Shown: positions 1-10,833 of the stretch, piece after piece
Layout of the letters: every line of letters begins with the position of its first letter
Numbering within the stretch: the stretch's first letter is position 1
Translations under genes and position numbers: made by a program
Notes under the pieces: model-generated
What the model saw: only the letters and a program-made list of their open reading frames with translations
Databases searched by the model: none
Told to the model about the DNA's origin: nothing
Assembly: GCA_014382245.1 (NCBI GenBank)
Contig: JACNKC010000077.1
Coordinates: 7,395-71,394 of the forward strand
Source of the DNA: Pseudomonadota bacterium
GTDB taxonomy: Bacteria; Desulfobacterota; Binatia; UBA1149
Direction of reading: 5' to 3'
DNA: 64,000 nucleotides

Positions 1-98
1 AAATGGTGAGCCAGAGACGCAAGATGCTCGACTACCTCAAGCGAACGGCCTACGACCGCTACCTGTCATTGATCGAGCGGCTGGGCCTGCGCAAATAA
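1..98 (+). CDS. rpsO: 30S ribosomal protein S15, C-terminal end (partial at the window edge)
   Basis: The frame-3 translation ...[31 protein letters not shown] matches the conserved S15 C-terminus. Stop TAA is at 96-98. Confidence 0.85.
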   Translation, partial: MVSQRRKMLDYLKRTAYDRYLSLIERLGLRK

Positions 99-119
99 CT
101 GCACTACGCTGTATGGTGC

Positions 120-219
120 GAGGCTGGTGGTCCTGGCGGAATGATGGGGCGGGGGCGCCTCACTTCAACGAATTTTTTTGACTACTGTAATTCCCGGGAG
201 GGGAAAGGAGAGCTCTGTA
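120..219 (+). promoter_or_regulatory. rpsO-pnp intergenic leader
   Basis: A GC-rich segment (GGGGCGGGGGCGCC) is followed by a T7 run at 170-176. A strong Shine-Dalgarno sequence (GGAAAGGAG) ends about 8 nt before the pnp ATG. By analogy, E. coli pnp has a structured autoregulatory leader; the exact structure here is not resolved. Confidence 0.3.
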
Positions 220-2331
220 ATGATTAAAAAAGTAGAACTGGAACTGGGTGGCAAGACACTCACACTTGAAACCGGCCGCATAGCCAGGCAAGCCGATGGC
301 GCTGTGTTCGTAACCTACGGGGATACAGTGGTCCTCGTCACAGCGGTTTCAGCACACCGGGTTCGAGAGGGTATTGATTTTTTTCCACTGACAGTTGAGT
401 ACCAGGAAAAGACAGCCGCCGCCGGTAAAATCCCGGGTGGCTTCTTTAAGAGGGAAGGGCGCCCCAGCCCTGCCGAGATCCTGACCTGTCGCATTATAGA
501 CCGGCCCATACGTCCGCTTTTTCCCAAGGGCTATGGCTTTGAAACACAGATTATCGCCACCGTGCTGTCTTATGACCGCACTGCGGGTCCCGATGTGGCC
601 AGCCTCATCGGTGCCTCGGCGGCGTTGACAATTTCGGATATTCCCTTCGCCGGTCCCCTGGGTGCTGTCAGGCTCGGCCGTGTCGACGGTAAGGTTGTCA
701 TCAATCCCGGTGTTGACGAGATGGAGAACAGCGACATCGATATCCTGATGGCCGCGAGTCGCGACGCCATAGTGATGGTGGAGGGCGGAGCCAGCGAAGT
801 GCCCGAAGACGAGATTCTCGAGGCCCTTTACGAGGGACATGAGGCCATACAGCCCATACTCGATGCCCAGGACAAGCTGGCTTCGGAGGCCGGGTGCGAA
901 AAGCGCAGCTATACTCCGCCGGAGCGCGATGATGAACTCATCGAGAAGGTGCGTGAACTCGCGACCACGGGACTTGAGAAAGCTTATTCCGTAAAGGAAA
1001 AGCTTGAGCGTTACGCCGCGCTTGACGCCTTCAAGGCGGAGTTCATGGATCAGCTTCCCGAGGACCTGGCCGAGCGCGGTGGCGATGTCAGCTCTGCCCT
1101 GGGAGTCGTTAAGCAGGAAATGGTTCGGGGTGCGATCACCAAGGACCACAAGCGCCTCGATGGTCGCGGCCTGGCTGACGTACGCTCCATATCGGTAGAG
1201 ACCGGGGTGCTTCCGCGCACCCATGGCAGCTCCCTGTTTACGCGTGGTGAAACGCAGGCCCTGGTCACGGCGACGCTTGGTACAGGTGCCGATGAACAGC
1301 GAATCGATTCGCTGGCCGGTGATCACTTCAAGCGTTTCATGATGCATTACAACTTTCCCCCTTACTGTGTTGGTGAAGCCAAGATGCTGCGCAGCGCCGG
1401 CCGCCGGGAAATTGGCCACGGTATGCTGGCCGAACGGGCCCTCATCCCGGTATTGCCCGATCCTGAGGATTTTCCGTACACCTTCCGTGTCGTGTCAGAG
1501 ATCACAGAATCGAATGGTTCGTCGTCGATGGCCTCGGTCTGCGGCGGAGCCCTTGCCCTGATGGACTGCGGGGTGCCGATCAAGGCTCCTGTCGCGGGCA
1601 TAGCGATGGGTCTTATTCGCGAAGACGGTGAGCACACTGTGCTTTCCGACATACTGGGTGACGAAGATCACCTGGGCGACATGGATTTCAAGGTCGCGGG
1701 TACGGAGAAGGGTATAACCGCGGTGCAGATGGACATCAAGATCGACGGTATCCCCCGGGACGTAATGCGCGACGCGCTCTACCAGGCTCGGGACGGTCGC
1801 CTGCACATCCTTGGCGAGATGGCCAAGGGGCTTGCAGCTCCTCGGGAAGAAGTCTCCGAATACGCGCCGCGAATCGAAACGATGAAAATCGATCCTGATA
1901 AGATCCGTAACGTCATCGGCGCCGGCGGCAAGGTGATACGCGGTATAGTGGAGCAGACCGGATGCAAGATAGACGTGCAGGATGACGGCACGGTGCTGGT
2001 AGCCTCGTCGGACAGGGACTCCCTGCTCAAGGCGATGGACATCATCGAAGGGCTGACAGCTTCGCCGAAGATCGGCCGCATCTACGACGGTACGGTACGC
2101 AAGATCATGGCGTTCGGCGCTTTCGTCGAAATACTGCCAGGCACCGATGGACTGGTTCACATCTCGCAACTTGCCGAAGAGCGAGTCGAAAACGTGACCG
2201 ACGTTGTCAAGGAAGGCCAGCAGATCCGCGTCAAGGTGCTGGAGGTCGATCGGCAGGGTAAGATTCGCCTTAGCCTCAAGGAAGCCTTGGGGGATCAAGA
2301 CGGGGAGGCCGAAGCCAGCGTTGGCGCCTGA
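220..2331 (+). CDS. pnp: polyribonucleotide nucleotidyltransferase (PNPase)
   Basis: About 703 aa. The N-terminus [29 protein letters not shown] is typical, followed by two RNase PH domains plus KH and S1 domains. ATG 220 sits behind a strong SD. Stop TGA is at 2329-2331. Confidence 0.95.
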   Translation: MIKKVELELGGKTLTLETGRIARQADGAVFVTYGDTVVLVTAVSAHRVREGIDFFPLTVEYQEKTAAAGKIPGGFFKREGRPSPAEILTCRIIDRPIRPLFPKGYGFETQIIATVLSYDRTAGPDVASLIGASAALTISDIPFAGPLGAVRLGRVDGKVVINPGVDEMENSDIDILMAASRDAIVMVEGGASEVPEDEILEALYEGHEAIQPILDAQDKLASEAGCEKRSYTPPERDDELIEKVRELATTGLEKAYSVKEKLERYAALDAFKAEFMDQLPEDLAERGGDVSSALGVVKQEMVRGAITKDHKRLDGRGLADVRSISVETGVLPRTHGSSLFTRGETQALVTATLGTGADEQRIDSLAGDHFKRFMMHYNFPPYCVGEAKMLRSAGRREIGHGMLAERALIPVLPDPEDFPYTFRVVSEITESNGSSSMASVCGGALALMDCGVPIKAPVAGIAMGLIREDGEHTVLSDILGDEDHLGDMDFKVAGTEKGITAVQMDIKIDGIPRDVMRDALYQARDGRLHILGEMAKGLAAPREEVSEYAPRIETMKIDPDKIRNVIGAGGKVIRGIVEQTGCKIDVQDDGTVLVASSDRDSLLKAMDIIEGLTASPKIGRIYDGTVRKIMAFGAFVEILPGTDGLVHISQLAEERVENVTDVVKEGQQIRVKVLEVDRQGKIRLSLKEALGDQDGEAEASVGA

Positions 2332-3580
2332 AGTTCGCTCTACCCGGCTCGAGAACGGCCTGCGGGTCGTTAGCGAGTCGGTGCGCGATGTCCCTTCTGT
2401 GTCCCTCGGCGTTTGGCTCGAAACCGGTTCGCGCCACGAGGGCCAGTCGACCAACGGCTTATGTCATTTTCTCGAGCACTTGTTTTTCAAGGGCACCGAG
2501 AAGAGAACCCCGCGACAGATCGCCGAAGAGATCGAAGGTGTCGGTGGCACCATCGATGCCTTCACCGACAAGGAGCAGACCTGCTTTTTGACGCGCACTC
2601 TCGCGGAACATCTGGAACTATCGGTAGATGTCCTTGCCGACCTGTTGCTCAATTCTACTTTTCTCCCGGAGGATATCGAACTCGAACGGGAAGTGATCAT
2701 ACATGAAATCCAGGACGCGGAAGCGATACCCGAGGATTACATCTACGATTTCTATCTCCACTCGTGGTGGCCCGGCCATCCGCTGGGCTTACCGGTGGCG
2801 GGTACGGTTGCCAGTGTCGCGGCTATCAGCCGCGATGAAATACTTGCACAGGCACGAAAGGCTGTTCGTTCGGACCACATCGTAGTGTCGGCCGCGGGCG
2901 CGGTTGACCATGAGCAGCTGGTGGACTGGTGCCGCGAGAAATTTGCAGGGCTCGTTCCCGCCGTCACAGAAAGTGAAACCGACCGACCGGATTACAACCC
3001 GGGGGTGTTTGTCTGCGAGCGCGAGCTGGACCAGGCCCACCTGCTTCTCGGCTTGCCCGGCATATCGGTAACCGATCCTCGTTACGCCGCAGCCGAGGTG
3101 CTCGTATCTGCGCTGGGGGGAGGAATGAGCTCGCGGCTCTTCCAGTCAGTGAGGGAGGAGCGGGGTAAGGCTTACTCGGTGTACGCGTTTCTCTCGCCTT
3201 ACCGCGACATAGGCTACACGGGCATCTACGCGGCCACTGGTGGAGGCGACGTCGAGGAAGTGCTGGACCTCGTTTTCAAGGAGCTCAAGGCGATCAAACA
3301 GCAAGGCCTGGACCCCGGCGAACTCGCCCGCACGCGCGAGCAGATCGCGGGGGCTTGCCTGCTGTCCCTGGAATCGATGGAGAGTCGGATGGGCCGAATT
3401 GCCCGTAACCAGCTCTATTTCGGCCGCGAGATTGCAGTAGAAGAGGTCGTGGCCGAAGTCCGCGCGGTGAGCAACCAACAAGTAATGGAGATTGCGCTCG
3501 ATATACTCAGCACTGACCGGGCCGGGCTGGCCCTGGTGGGCGATGCCGGCGTGGGCACCGTCTCTTTGCCCCTGGCCTGA
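2321..3580 (+). CDS. M16-family zinc peptidase (insulinase/PqqL-like)
   Basis: Carries the [11 protein letters not shown] inverted zinc motif (HxxEH) and the ...RLENGLRVV... N-terminus typical of M16 proteins. The likely start is TTG 2321, overlapping the pnp stop by 11 nt. The start is uncertain. Confidence 0.8.
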   Translation: MAPEVRSTRLENGLRVVSESVRDVPSVSLGVWLETGSRHEGQSTNGLCHFLEHLFFKGTEKRTPRQIAEEIEGVGGTIDAFTDKEQTCFLTRTLAEHLELSVDVLADLLLNSTFLPEDIELEREVIIHEIQDAEAIPEDYIYDFYLHSWWPGHPLGLPVAGTVASVAAISRDEILAQARKAVRSDHIVVSAAGAVDHEQLVDWCREKFAGLVPAVTESETDRPDYNPGVFVCERELDQAHLLLGLPGISVTDPRYAAAEVLVSALGGGMSSRLFQSVREERGKAYSVYAFLSPYRDIGYTGIYAATGGGDVEEVLDLVFKELKAIKQQGLDPGELARTREQIAGACLLSLESMESRMGRIARNQLYFGREIAVEEVVAEVRAVSNQQVMEIALDILSTDRAGLALVGDAGVGTVSLPLA

Positions 3581-3592
3581 GTGCTACCCTGT

Positions 3593-4039
3593 ATGGGGTT
3601 GAAAATTGCTATAACGCGGGTTGGAGACGTAAGTGTCGATCTGCCGCAACGCATGACCGAGGGCTCCGTGGGAATGGACCTTCGCGCGGCCCTCGAACTC
3701 GCGCTGGAGCTGGCGCCCGGCGAACGCGCAGCAATACCCTGTGGGTTTGCGATTGCCATACCCCGGGGATACGAGGGCCAAGTAAGGCCGAGAAGCGGTC
3801 TCGCTCTCAAGCAGGGATTATGCGTCCCTAACTCTCCGGGGACCATAGACCCGGATTACCGGGGCGAGGTGGCGGTTATCGTTGCCAACTTCGGCAACGA
3901 GACGGTCTGCATAGAGCCGGGACAGCGTGTTGCGCAGCTGGTGATTTGTCCGGTCGCGGTAGCGGATTTTGACGAGGTCGAAGAGCTCGAGCCCTCGGAC
4001 AGGGGTTCTGGTGGTTTCGGCCATACCGGGAGCGCCTGA
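3593..4039 (+). CDS. dut: dUTP diphosphatase
   Basis: KIAITRV...GSVGMDLRA...GTIDPDYRGEV...RGSGGFGHTG matches the Dut motifs. ATG 3593 is preferred; GTG 3581 is also in frame. Confidence 0.9.
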   Translation: MGLKIAITRVGDVSVDLPQRMTEGSVGMDLRAALELALELAPGERAAIPCGFAIAIPRGYEGQVRPRSGLALKQGLCVPNSPGTIDPDYRGEVAVIVANFGNETVCIEPGQRVAQLVICPVAVADFDEVEELEPSDRGSGGFGHTGSA

Positions 4040-4096
4040 CAGCACCGGGTCTGTTTACACTGGGAGCTAGTCGGCTGAACCGGCCTTACTGGAGAT

Positions 4097-5386
4097 ATGA
4101 TACCTCGTTACACCAGGGATCGAATGGGGTCGACTTGGTCGGACCAGCATCGCTACGACCTCATGCTCGAAGTCGAGATCCGCGTTTGCGAGGCCCTCGC
4201 CAAGCGCTCGGTTATTCCGGCCGAAGCGGTCGACCGCATCCGCGCGAAAGCCAGTGTCGACGGCTCACGGGTGGCTGAAATCGAAGCCGAAGTGCATCAC
4301 GACGTGATAGCCTTCGTCAGCGCCGCCGCCGAAAGCGTGGGTGAAGACGGCCGTTACCTGCACTACGGTATGACGTCCTCGGACGTTCTTGACACCGCTT
4401 TTGCCCTGCAGCTGGTCGAAGCCGCAGACCAGCTGCTCGAAGGCGTCTCAACCCTGATGGAGGCCCTACGCTCGAGGGCGAGGGAGCATCGAGACACCCC
4501 TACTGCTGGTCGTTCTCACGGTATACACGCGCAACCCACGACGTTCGGACTCAAGTTGGCGGGTTGGTACGCCGAGCTCCAACGAGACCGATTCCGGCTC
4601 CTCACCGCACGAGAGACCATAGCCAGCGGCAAATTATCGGGTGCCGTCGGTACTTACGGTGTAAATGGCCCGGACATCGAGGCCGAGGTTCTCGACGGAC
4701 TTGGCCTGGAGGTCGAGCCGGTGGCGACACAGGTGGTTCCGCGGGACCGGCACGCTGAATTCTTCTGTACCCTTGCTGTATTGGCGGGTGGGTTGGAACG
4801 TTTTGCGACCGAAATCCGTCACCTGCAGAGAACCGAGGTGGGCGAAGTCCTCGAATCCTTCAGTAAGGGCCAGAAGGGCTCGTCTGCCATGCCCCACAAG
4901 CGCAACCCCATTCTGACCGAGAACATAAGCGGACTGGCGCGCCTGGTTCGTGCCAATTCACTGGCCGCACTTGAGAACATCGCCCTGTGGCACGAACGCG
5001 ACATCTCGCATTCGTCGGTGGAGCGGGTGATAGCTCCCGACTCGACCATTGCTCTGGATTTCATGCTCGCGCGCATGACCTCGGTGGTTACCGGCATGGA
5101 GGTTCGGCCCGAAGCAATGGCCGCTAACCTGGAGCGTACCGGCGGCAGGATGTTCTCCGAGAAGATCCTCCTGGCACTGGTAGAAAACGGTATATCCCGC
5201 GATGAAGCCTACCGCTGGGTTCAGCGTTGCGCACTGGCGGAAGGCGACTTCCGCACCAACGCCCAAAAAGATACCGATATAAGCCGCGTACTCGACGCAA
5301 GCAGGTTCGAGAAGGCGTTTGATATACAGGCCGCCCTGGGCCATGCGCACGAAGTATTTGACCGCGTTATAGAGGAGGGAACATAA
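4097..5386 (+). CDS. purB: adenylosuccinate lyase
   Basis: 429 aa. The sequence is lyase class I (fumarase/ASL family) with the ...GSSAMPHKRNP... signature. Confidence 0.93.
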   Translation: MIPRYTRDRMGSTWSDQHRYDLMLEVEIRVCEALAKRSVIPAEAVDRIRAKASVDGSRVAEIEAEVHHDVIAFVSAAAESVGEDGRYLHYGMTSSDVLDTAFALQLVEAADQLLEGVSTLMEALRSRAREHRDTPTAGRSHGIHAQPTTFGLKLAGWYAELQRDRFRLLTARETIASGKLSGAVGTYGVNGPDIEAEVLDGLGLEVEPVATQVVPRDRHAEFFCTLAVLAGGLERFATEIRHLQRTEVGEVLESFSKGQKGSSAMPHKRNPILTENISGLARLVRANSLAALENIALWHERDISHSSVERVIAPDSTIALDFMLARMTSVVTGMEVRPEAMAANLERTGGRMFSEKILLALVENGISRDEAYRWVQRCALAEGDFRTNAQKDTDISRVLDASRFEKAFDIQAALGHAHEVFDRVIEEGT

Positions 5387-5388
5387 CC

Positions 5389-6099
5389 ATGGCAACAAGC
5401 GGAAAAATGATTGCGGAGGGTAAGGCCAAGCGCATTTACGAGACCGATGATCCGGAATTCCTGATGTTTTATTTCAAGGACGACGCGACCGCGTTCAACG
5501 CGCAGAAAAAAGGCAGCATCGAGTCCAAGGGAATACTCAATAACAGGATATCTCGCCGCTTCTTTGAACTACTGCGGGAGAATGGAGTCGACAATCACTT
5601 TGTTGACTGTCCGTCGGAGCGCGAAATGCTGGTACGCAAGGTCGAGATCATTCCGGTCGAGACCGTGGTGCGCAATATCATAACCGGCAGCCTGCAGAAA
5701 CGCTGTGGGCGGCCGGAAGGCGAAACGCTACCGCGCCCCATAGTTGAGTATTTCTACAAGGACGATGACCTCGGCGATCCCATGATCAACGACGAGCACA
5801 TCCTGATCTTCTCATGGGCCACGCGCGAGGAACTCGACGAAATACACCGGCAGGCCCTGGCCGTGAACGCAGTCCTGGAACCGTTCATGCGCGAGAGGGG
5901 GGTTCTGCTGGTTGACTTCAAGCTGGAGTTCGGACGGGACTCTTCGGGCAATGTGTTGCTCGCTGACGAGATCTGTCCTGATACCTGCCGTTTCTGGGAT
6001 ATCGAAACCCGCAAGAAGCTGGACAAGGACAGGTTCAGGCAGGACATGGGTGGAGTTGAAGACGCCTACCAGGAAATTGCACGGCGAGTTGCCGGCTGA
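5389..6099 (+). CDS. purC: phosphoribosylaminoimidazole-succinocarboxamide synthase (SAICAR synthetase)
   Basis: 236 aa. The N-terminus GKAKRIYETDDPEFLMFYFKDDATAFN is characteristic of PurC. Confidence 0.93.
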   Translation: MATSGKMIAEGKAKRIYETDDPEFLMFYFKDDATAFNAQKKGSIESKGILNNRISRRFFELLRENGVDNHFVDCPSEREMLVRKVEIIPVETVVRNIITGSLQKRCGRPEGETLPRPIVEYFYKDDDLGDPMINDEHILIFSWATREELDEIHRQALAVNAVLEPFMRERGVLLVDFKLEFGRDSSGNVLLADEICPDTCRFWDIETRKKLDKDRFRQDMGGVEDAYQEIARRVAG

Positions 6100-6109
6100 A
6101 GGGGGAGAA

Positions 6110-6382
6110 ATGGATTTCGTTGCCAGGGTGTACGTGACTCCCAAGAAAGCGATTCTGGACCCGCAGGGTAAAGCCGTGGCTTCGTCTCTGCAGGCCCTTG
6201 GCTATGACGGCGTCGATGATGTTCGCCTGGGCCGTTACATTGAGCTGCAATTGAGTGGCGTTGCTGGAAGCAAAGCTGCAGAAAATCGCGTTGACGAAAT
6301 GTGCCGTCGCCTGTTGGCCAACGACGTGATCGAGGACTACCGCTTTGACATCGAGGAGAAGCTCGAGGAGCAGCGAGCCTGA
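6110..6382 (+). CDS. purS: phosphoribosylformylglycinamidine synthase subunit PurS
   Basis: About 90 aa, starting MDFVARVYVTPKKAILDPQGKAV... The ATG at 6110 lies inside a longer six-frame ORF, from which I trimmed it. Confidence 0.88.
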   Translation: MDFVARVYVTPKKAILDPQGKAVASSLQALGYDGVDDVRLGRYIELQLSGVAGSKAAENRVDEMCRRLLANDVIEDYRFDIEEKLEEQRA

Positions 6383-6384
6383 TC

Positions 6385-7065
6385 GTGACCTGGGGCGTAA
6401 TAGTTTTTCCTGGTTCCAACGATGATCGGGATACCCGGCGCGTGCTCGCGGATGTGATGGGCGCCAAGGTGCGAATGCTCTGGCACAAGGACACCGACCT
6501 CAAGGGAGTGGACGCGATCGTTTTGCCGGGTGGATTTTCTTACGGCGACTACCTCAGGGCAGGAGCCATCGCCAGGATCTCGCCCGTGATGGAAGAAGTT
6601 TCTCGATTTGCGAACGCAGGCGGCCCGGTGCTCGGAATCTGCAACGGCTTCCAAGTGCTATGCGAAGCAGGACTGCTGCCCGGCGCCCTCATACGCAACA
6701 GCGGCCTGCGCTTCGTTTGCCGGGATGAGCCGATCGAGGTTGCGAACACCGCGACCGCGTTCACCGCTTCCTGCTCGGGCGGCGAGGTTTTGCGCATCCC
6801 GGTAAAACACGGCTGCGGTTGTTATGTGCTCGAGAAAAACAGGCTCGAAGAACTCGAAGGACGAGGCGGGGTTGCCTTTCGTTACGCGGACACGGCGCCA
6901 AACGGCTCGGTTAACAACATAGCGGGCGTCTGCAACGAGCGCGGTAACGTTGTTGGGCTGATGCCGCACCCTGAGCACGCCGTCGATCCTGCTCTTGGCT
7001 TGGTGGATGGGCGCGTCTTGTTTGAGTCGGCCGCGGACTGGGCCGTTAACGGTGTAGCCGCGTGA
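6385..7065 (+). CDS. purQ: phosphoribosylformylglycinamidine synthase glutaminase subunit PurQ
   Basis: It has a class I glutamine amidotransferase fold (GGFSYGDY..., ...MPHPEH). Start is GTG 6385. Confidence 0.9.
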   Translation: MTWGVIVFPGSNDDRDTRRVLADVMGAKVRMLWHKDTDLKGVDAIVLPGGFSYGDYLRAGAIARISPVMEEVSRFANAGGPVLGICNGFQVLCEAGLLPGALIRNSGLRFVCRDEPIEVANTATAFTASCSGGEVLRIPVKHGCGCYVLEKNRLEELEGRGGVAFRYADTAPNGSVNNIAGVCNERGNVVGLMPHPEHAVDPALGLVDGRVLFESAADWAVNGVAA

Positions 7066-9320
7066 TTCACGGCAGCGACAGGACCATAGATGAAGCCCTG
7101 GCTGCCGAACACGGCCTCAGCGCTGAAGAATACGCGGCCATACTAGAGCATCTCGGGCGCACGCCGACGATAGAAGAGTTGGGCGTATTTTCGGTGATGT
7201 GGTCCGAGCACTGCAGCTACAAGAGTTCGCGGGTGCATCTCAAGAGGTTTCCGGTCTCGGGTCCGGCGGTGCTGCAGGGGCCTGGTGAGAACGCTGGAGC
7301 CGTGGACATCGGCGGTGGGATGGCTGCTATCTTCAAGATCGAGAGTCACAACCACCCCTCTTACGTCGAGCCCTACCAGGGGGCGGCGACAGGCGTGGGC
7401 GGAATACTTCGGGACATTTTCACCATGGGCGCGAGACCTGTGGCTAACATGAATGCCCTGTTTTTCGGCGAGCCCGAAGACGAACGCACCTCCTACCTCC
7501 TTTCCGGCGTGGTCTCAGGCGTAGGCGACTACGGCAACAGTGTCGGTGTGCCAACCGTTGGCGGGCAGGTCAACTTCGACGCCGCTTATAACGGCAACAT
7601 ACTCGTCAACGCTTTTTCGCTGGGCATAGCCAGGGCCGACAACATCTTCAGCGCGGTAGCGAGCGGCGAAGGAAACCCGGTACTTTACGTGGGCTCGCGC
7701 ACCGGTCGTGACGGTGTTCACGGCGCCAGCTTGCTCGCATCCTCCGAGTTCAAAGAAGAATCAGAGCAGATGAAGCCCACCGTGCAGGTAGGCGACCCCT
7801 TCGCAGAAAACCTCCTGATAGAGGCTTGCCTCGAAGTACTCAAGGGCGATGATGTGGTGGCTATACAAGACATGGGTGCCGCTGGCTTGACGAGTAGCTC
7901 GGCCGAGATGGCCGGTCGGGGCGGAGTGGGCATTTCTCTTGACCTCGACAAGGTTCCGCTACGCGATTCTTCGGTGAGTCCTTACGAAATACTGCTGTCG
8001 GAATCGCAGGAGCGAATGTTGCTCGTTGCCAGGCAGGGACGCCAAGGGGCCGTCGCCGAACTCTTTTCTCGCTGGGACCTCGAGTGCGTTGAAGTAGGAG
8101 TCGTCACCGGTGACGGAAGGTTGCGTGCGAGCTGGCGTGGCGAAGAGATACTCTCTATCCCCGTTGCTGCGCTTACCGACGACGCCCCCGCTTACCAGCG
8201 CCCAATCAAAGAACCAGCCACCCGGCCAGTCAGTAGTGGAGGGGTGCTCGGCGATGGTGAACTCTGCGAACCGGCTTCCGTGTTGTTGGAGATGTTGGCT
8301 TGTCCGGAACTTTGCAGCCGACGCTGGGTTTTTGAGCAATACGACTCCTGGGTAGGGGCCAATACCGTGATCCACCCGGGTGGCGATGCCGCCGTGATAA
8401 GGGTGGCCGAAACGGGTGCTGGACTGGCGATGACAGTGGATTGCAATCCTAACTACGTGGCAAGCGATCCATACCTGGGCGCCCAACACGCAATAGCCGA
8501 GGCGGTGCGAAATATATCAGTCACCGGCGCGACACCGCTCGCGGTGAGCGACTGCCTGAATTTCGGGAGCCCCGAAAAGCCCGAGGTGATGTGGCAGTTC
8601 AGCCAGGCGGTCGACGGGATGGCAGCAGCCTGTCGTCATTTCTGCACGCCGGTTATCTCGGGCAACGTGAGCTTTTATAACGATACTCGGGGCGAATCGA
8701 TCCCGCCGACGCCGGTGATCGCAATGGTCGGCCTGATGGCCGATTCAACCACTGCGGTGGGCTGTGCGGCCATCGGCCAAGGCCGCAGGATTTATCTACT
8801 CGGTGGCGGTGTGGCAACTCTTGAAGGCAGCGTTTTCGAGCGCCTTTACGCCAATAACCCCGTGGGTGGGGTACCCGCACTCGATCTCGATGCCGAGAAG
8901 GATTGCTCGGCTTTGTGCGTGGACCTGGTCCAGCAGGGTCTCGTCACCGCAGCCCACGATCTGTCGGAGGGCGGCTTGGCTGTCGCCCTTGCCGAGATGG
9001 TTGTACAGGAGGGCTCATGCGGCATTGTCGCCCGGGTACCCGATCATGGCCGCCTGGACAGTTCCATGTTCGGCGAGAGCGCTACGCGAATCCTGGTTGT
9101 TGTTGAAGCTGGGGATACAGATGCCGTCGAAGCTGCGGCATCGGCCAGCGGCGTGCCCTGTCGATTGCTCGGCGAAACCGGCGGCGATCGTTTCCGCCTG
9201 GAGCGCGACGGTGAGACGGGTGAGCGGCTGCTCGATCTCGAATTGGCACAGCTACGGGCAGCCCGCGAGCAGACCCTACCGACGATCGCTGCAGGCCTGA
9301 AGGATTTTGAAGCGGCATGA
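7062..9320 (+). CDS. purL: phosphoribosylformylglycinamidine synthase subunit PurL (FGAM synthase II)
   Basis: 752 aa with AIRS-like domains. The start GTG 7062 overlaps the purQ TGA (GTGA). Confidence 0.93.
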   Translation: MIHGSDRTIDEALAAEHGLSAEEYAAILEHLGRTPTIEELGVFSVMWSEHCSYKSSRVHLKRFPVSGPAVLQGPGENAGAVDIGGGMAAIFKIESHNHPSYVEPYQGAATGVGGILRDIFTMGARPVANMNALFFGEPEDERTSYLLSGVVSGVGDYGNSVGVPTVGGQVNFDAAYNGNILVNAFSLGIARADNIFSAVASGEGNPVLYVGSRTGRDGVHGASLLASSEFKEESEQMKPTVQVGDPFAENLLIEACLEVLKGDDVVAIQDMGAAGLTSSSAEMAGRGGVGISLDLDKVPLRDSSVSPYEILLSESQERMLLVARQGRQGAVAELFSRWDLECVEVGVVTGDGRLRASWRGEEILSIPVAALTDDAPAYQRPIKEPATRPVSSGGVLGDGELCEPASVLLEMLACPELCSRRWVFEQYDSWVGANTVIHPGGDAAVIRVAETGAGLAMTVDCNPNYVASDPYLGAQHAIAEAVRNISVTGATPLAVSDCLNFGSPEKPEVMWQFSQAVDGMAAACRHFCTPVISGNVSFYNDTRGESIPPTPVIAMVGLMADSTTAVGCAAIGQGRRIYLLGGGVATLEGSVFERLYANNPVGGVPALDLDAEKDCSALCVDLVQQGLVTAAHDLSEGGLAVALAEMVVQEGSCGIVARVPDHGRLDSSMFGESATRILVVVEAGDTDAVEAAASASGVPCRLLGETGGDRFRLERDGETGERLLDLELAQLRAAREQTLPTIAAGLKDFEAA

Positions 9321-9348
9321 CGTCGAACAGCGCAGAGGCGGTGGCTTT

Positions 9349-10809
9349 GTGATTTACGACCGTCGCGAAGATCGCTTTAACGAAGAGTGCGGGGTCGTAG
9401 GGGTCTACGGCCGTCCGGAAGCCGCGAACCTTGCGTACCTGGGCCTGTATTCCTTGCAGCACAGGGGACAGGAGGGCGCCGGCATTGCCTCGAGCGACGG
9501 TAGCTCGCTGGTCCAACACAGGGGTCTTGGCCTGGTGGCCGATGTGTTTGACGAGGACGTCATACGGGCACTGGGCGGCGATATGGCCATTGGCCACAAC
9601 CGCTATTCTACCAGTGGACAGACGATGCTGCGTAACACCCAGCCTTTCGTGGTGGAGTACGCCCTGGGCCCCCTGGCGGTTGCCCACAACGGTAATTTTG
9701 TTAATACCGAGCTGCTCAGGGCTAACCTCGAGGCTCACGGGTCTATTTTTCAGTCGACGGTGGATACCGAGGTCCTCATACACCTCATCGCCAGCTACAA
9801 TCGTTCTACGCTGCTCGAGCGCACCATAGATGCGCTGAAGGTCGTTGAGGGCGCCTACTCGGTCTTGTTCATGTCTGACCGGGAAATGATTGCCGCCAGG
9901 GATCCAAACGGTTTCAGGCCCATGGTCATAGGCCGTTTCGAAGGCGGGGGCTACGTCGTGGCATCGGAAACCTGTGCCCTGGATCTCATGGAAGCCGAGT
10001 ACGTCAGGGAGGTGGAACCGGGAGAGCTGATTCATTTCAGGGACGGCAGCATGAAAAGCATACGTCCCTTTGAAAAGCGTGAGCGCCACGCCTGCATTTT
10101 TGAGCATATTTACTTCGCTCGCCCTGACAGCATGGTTTTCGGCACCCACGTTTACGGCAACCGCAAGGAGTTCGGCAGGCAACTGGCGCGCGAAGCACCA
10201 GTGGAAGCGGACATAGTGATACCGGTACCCGACTCGGGTGTGCCGGCAGCCCTGGGTTACGCCGAGGAATCAGGCATTCCCTTCGAGATGGGCCTCATCC
10301 GCAACCACTACGTGGGCAGGACATTCATCGAGCCGCAGGATTCGATCCGGCACTTCGGTGTAAAGGTCAAGCTCAACCCTCAGCGCGAAATCCTGACGGG
10401 GAAACGGGTTGTCATCGTTGACGACTCGATTGTGCGTGGTACCACGAGTCGTAAGATCATCCGCACGATACGCGCCGCAGGCGCGCGCGAGGTGCACTTC
10501 AGGGTGAGCGCCCCGCCCACTACCGGGCCCTGCTATTACGGGGTGGACACACCTACCCACGGGGAGCTGGTGGCCAATAACCATACCCTGGAAGAAATCC
10601 GCCAGTACATACTCGCCGATTCGTTGGCTTACCTGAGCGAAGCAGGTATGTACTCTTTTCTTGGCGGCAAAGATCCTGGTTTCTGCGACGCGTGTTTTAC
10701 GGGTCGCTATCCGCTGGGCGCAGCCGATACCGCCGCCGGTGGGCAAATGCACCTGTTCCAGTCCGGCGATAAGAAACGCGGTCCACGCCTGCGTGTCGTG
10801 AAAGAGTAA
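9349..10809 (+). CDS. purF: amidophosphoribosyltransferase
   Basis: Contains ...NEECGVVGVYG... with the Ntn-hydrolase catalytic Cys preceded by a propeptide, as in B. subtilis PurF. A PRTase domain follows, and the C-terminal Cys cluster suggests a 4Fe-4S type. GTG 9349 gives a 13-aa propeptide. TTG 9307 is an alternative start. Confidence 0.88.
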   Translation: MIYDRREDRFNEECGVVGVYGRPEAANLAYLGLYSLQHRGQEGAGIASSDGSSLVQHRGLGLVADVFDEDVIRALGGDMAIGHNRYSTSGQTMLRNTQPFVVEYALGPLAVAHNGNFVNTELLRANLEAHGSIFQSTVDTEVLIHLIASYNRSTLLERTIDALKVVEGAYSVLFMSDREMIAARDPNGFRPMVIGRFEGGGYVVASETCALDLMEAEYVREVEPGELIHFRDGSMKSIRPFEKRERHACIFEHIYFARPDSMVFGTHVYGNRKEFGRQLAREAPVEADIVIPVPDSGVPAALGYAEESGIPFEMGLIRNHYVGRTFIEPQDSIRHFGVKVKLNPQREILTGKRVVIVDDSIVRGTTSRKIIRTIRAAGAREVHFRVSAPPTTGPCYYGVDTPTHGELVANNHTLEEIRQYILADSLAYLSEAGMYSFLGGKDPGFCDACFTGRYPLGAADTAAGGQMHLFQSGDKKRGPRLRVVKE

Positions 10810-10833
10810 ACGCTGCGATTCGCGCGGCCCTTT

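Noticed and set aside
349-2454. Long antisense ORFs opposite pnp (349-1419 reverse, 1495-2454 reverse), plus similar antisense ORFs opposite ahcY (31823-33331 forward), hyuA (34143-35030 forward), hyuB (36182-37297 forward), the FG-GAP gene (15320-16288 reverse), metH (21911-22660 reverse) and others
   Set aside because: Each overlaps a confidently assigned, homology-supported gene on the other strand. Open antisense frames are expected in roughly 63% GC DNA. The translations are low-complexity and Arg/Ala/Pro-rich, and no domains were recognised.
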